64,000 bases of DNA from Acidimicrobiales bacterium (GTDB taxonomy: Bacteria > Actinomycetota > Acidimicrobiia > Acidimicrobiales > GCA-2861595). Within the stretch, counting starts at the first letter, position 1; the number at the start of each line of letters is the position of its first letter. The position numbers and the translations under genes were made by a program. The DNA lies in NCBI GenBank assembly GCA_036262515.1, contig DATAIT010000031.1:8678-72677 (forward strand), written 5' to 3'. Of this stretch, positions 62,316-64,000 are shown piece after piece. Below the pieces are notes generated by a model. The model did not search any database. It saw nothing but the letters and a program-made list of their open reading frames with translations, and had not been told where the DNA came from.

Positions 62316-63088
62316 GCCGGCGGAGGCCGGTCGAGGACGGCGTCGACCATGGCCGAGGAGTGGCCCGGGAACATCGATGCCGCTCGGATCGACGTGAACA
62401 GCTCGGCCACCGTGGCGAGCAGCTCGGCGTCGGGATGGTGGATGCCGTCGAGGATCTCGAGCACGGCGGCCCGGGTGGCGGTGGCCCGGCTGATGGGGCC
62501 CCAGCGCCCGCCGTAGTCGACGAACACCCATCGCTCGATGGGATAGCGCCCGTGGGCCAGCGTGGGCTCGGCCCGCCGCTGGACGACCCCGTCGGCGGCA
62601 CGGGCGAGGGCGTCGCCGTCGACGTCGACGAGATCGGTGACCACGAGCTCACCGGACACGAGGTCCACGAGGGCGCGGGGGGCGTCGACGGCGACGTAGC
62701 CGGCGGTCCGGAGCTGGCGGTCGACGATGCGCAGGTCGTCCTTGAACGGCGACGGCATCAGCACCGCCCGCCCGTCCCGGACATAGGGGAGCGAGCTGAT
62801 CCACACCAGCTCCTCCGGAGGCGGGCGGTGGGCGGAGAGGTGATCGACCAGCGAACGCAGGATGCGGTGCGGGTCGAAGGACCGGGCCGCCACGCACCCA
62901 CCCCAGAAGAGGAGGTGGGCGTCGGACGTCGTGGGGCTGAAGCGGAGGGAGAAGTTCTTCGGCGCCAAGGGGTCGTCCACCACATGGGCGGCCAGGGCCC
63001 GGCGCACGGCCATTGCTCCGGCTTCGGTGTTCACCCTGATGCCCGCCCGCAGCGAACCGAGATCGACGGTGCACGAGTCCACCCACAC
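62312..63088 (-). CDS. hypothetical protein, apparent P-loop-less paralogue of the HprK-like proteins
   Basis: GTG 63088. The block VWISSLPYVRDGRAVLMPSPFKDDLRIVDRQLRTAGYVAVDAPRALVDLVSGELV aligns by eye with VHAA..G.RA.V.P...SGKTTL...L...G...L.DE of the two kinases, but it lacks GK[ST]. Confidence 0.5.
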   Translation of the reverse strand: MWVDSCTVDLGSLRAGIRVNTEAGAMAVRRALAAHVVDDPLAPKNFSLRFSPTTSDAHLLFWGGCVAARSFDPHRILRSLVDHLSAHRPPPEELVWISSLPYVRDGRAVLMPSPFKDDLRIVDRQLRTAGYVAVDAPRALVDLVSGELVVTDLVDVDGDALARAADGVVQRRAEPTLAHGRYPIERWVFVDYGGRWGPISRATATRAAVLEILDGIHHPDAELLATVAELFTSIRAASMFPGHSSAMVDAVLDRPPPA

Positions 63089-63109
63089 GAGGTGGTCGAC
63101 GGTCTGGCC

Positions 63110-63514
63110 TCACGGGGCCGGTGGGTCCACCAGGTACGCCGGCCGCCACAAGCTCTCGTCGGCGGCCGCCTCTGTGGTCGTCTGGCCCGATCCGACGAGG
63201 AGGTCCTGCCCGGGCTCGCTGCCGTCGAGGACACGGGCCGTGCGCAGGGCGGCGAGCAGGTCGCCGAGGTCCTTGCGCACCGCTGCGGCCGGCGCCGAGA
63301 ATGCCTCGGCCAGGTCGACGACCAGCTCGTCGACCGTCGCCTCCCCGTCGAGCACCGACCAGATCACGGTGCCCAGCCGGTCCAGCTGGTGCAACCCGTC
63401 CGTGCGCGGGTCCAGCAGCAGCAGCTCCCCGTCGAGCGGCATGGCGACCAACCCGGCTGCCGGCCGCGGAGCGAACGACCCGTCGATCACCTCTGCACTG
63501 TGCGTATGCGCCAC
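63110..63514 (-). CDS. PqqD-family (RRE-type) protein
   Basis: Motif LVAMPLDGELLLLDPRTDGLHQLDRLGTVIWSVLDGEATVDELVVDLAEAFSAPAAAVRKDLGDLLAALRTARVL, plus a 35-aa acidic/Thr tail. Confidence 0.7.
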   Translation of the reverse strand: MAHTHSAEVIDGSFAPRPAAGLVAMPLDGELLLLDPRTDGLHQLDRLGTVIWSVLDGEATVDELVVDLAEAFSAPAAAVRKDLGDLLAALRTARVLDGSEPGQDLLVGSGQTTTEAAADESLWRPAYLVDPPAP

Positions 63515-63556
63515 GGCGTCTCCTGTGCTCGTCGAAGGCTACGACCCGGTCGGTGC

Positions 63557-63850
63557 CTAGGAAGGTTCTTCGACCAGGAGGCCCATCTCCGAAAGCCGTG
63601 CGACCAAGGTGACGACGTCGCGCCGCACGACCTCGGGCGGCGTGGCGAAGCCGGCGGCGAGATCACCGGTGACCTCGTCGAGCGACGACTCGCCGTCGAG
63701 GCAGGCCCACACGAGCGAGCCCACGCGATCGAGACGGGCCACGCAGCCGGTCTCGGGGTCCCAGAGCACGCGCTCACCGTCGAGCTCAGCGTCCCCGAGT
63801 CCCGCCTTGTGGCGCCACGTCGACCCCGTCCGGATCCCCTCGTCAGTCAC
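63557..63850 (-). CDS. PqqD-family (RRE-type) protein
   Basis: GTG 63850. Motif AELDGERVLWDPETGCVARLDRVGSLVWACLDGESSLDEVTGDLAAGFATPPEVVRRDVVTLVARLSEMGLL. Confidence 0.7.
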   Translation of the reverse strand: MTDEGIRTGSTWRHKAGLGDAELDGERVLWDPETGCVARLDRVGSLVWACLDGESSLDEVTGDLAAGFATPPEVVRRDVVTLVARLSEMGLLVEEPS

Positions 63851-64000
63851 CGGTCGACCCCTTCCCGACGGTGGCCCGCCGCCGGGACGCCACCTCCCGC
63901 AGCCCGGTGGTCCACTCGCGCGGCCGGCCGGCCCGGCGCCGGGCGTCCAGGTAGGCGGCGTCGGGCGCCACCAGGGCCCGCACGTAGCGCGCCCGCGCCT
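63844..64000 (-). CDS. 3-prime end of an unidentified gene (runs off window end)
   Basis: Own translation of the minus strand gives ARARYVRALVAPDAAYLDARRRAGRPREWTTGLREVASRRRATVGKGSTGD with stop at 63844-63846. It overlaps the next start by 7 nt. The frame was chosen for protein-like composition only. Confidence 0.3.

Noticed and set aside
47192-63850. Canonical lasso-peptide (or other classical RiPP) biosynthetic cluster
   Set aside because: An AsnB homologue, PqqD-like proteins, HprK-like kinases and a nucleotidyltransferase are all present, which recalls kinase-containing lasso clusters. However:
- The AsnB gene lies 8 kb away inside the glycan locus, coupled to a GNAT.
- No transglutaminase-type leader protease (B2) is present.
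- I found no short precursor ORF next to the PqqD genes.

I therefore treat the module as something else.
1-64000. CRISPR arrays, tRNA/rRNA genes, IS elements, integrases, prophage genes
   Set aside because: I scanned the intergenic gaps (all under 200 nt). There are no regularly spaced direct repeats, no cloverleaf-like segments, and no transposase, integrase or phage-like translations in any listed ORF. So the TIR/CHAT island shows no visible mobility genes.

Overview
GC-rich (about 70% by eye, not computed) actinobacterial-type chromosomal segment. It is almost fully coding (about 60 genes), with many GTG/TTG starts and many 4-nt GTGA/ATGA stop-start overlaps. I saw no rRNA, tRNA, CRISPR array, transposase or integrase. 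All family calls come from motif recognition by eye on the supplied translations and my own re-translations; nothing was verified by a search, and start codons are often uncertain.

Layout:
- 0-4.4 kb: PD40 propeller protein, MarR regulator and a tract of four decayed genes (ClC/CBS remnant, GGDEF fragment, frameshifted SRPBCC, frameshifted alpha/beta hydrolase).
- 4.4-12.2 kb: an island of conflict-type genes. A CHAT protease-fold gene is translationally coupled to a membrane-anchored TIR gene, next to a divergent LOG/SLOG-like gene and a large caspase-fold gene. This is my best candidate for an undescribed nucleotide-signalling/protease defence system.
- 12.3-27 kb: ordinary genes (galT, GH2, metallophosphoesterase, HU, FIST plus GAF-GGDEF-EAL, SGNH hydrolase, MscS, pirin, MFS).
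- 27-32 kb: envelope module (orphan pilin, ECF sigma/anti-sigma, sortase-signal cupredoxin, CAP protein, sigma-ZAS fusion, small LPXTG protein).
- 32.4-57 kb: a large mosaic cell-surface glycan locus (DUF4012, PglC/D/E/F-like set, GT2/GT4 transferases, Wzm/Wzt, Wzz-tyrosine kinase, Wzy_C protein, AsnB, GNAT).
- 57-64 kb: a duplicated module of HprK-like P-loop kinases, three PqqD-like proteins, an NTP_transf_5-type nucleotidyltransferase and two Tat-signal cysteine-rich secreted proteins. This is a second candidate for an uncharacterised maturation system.
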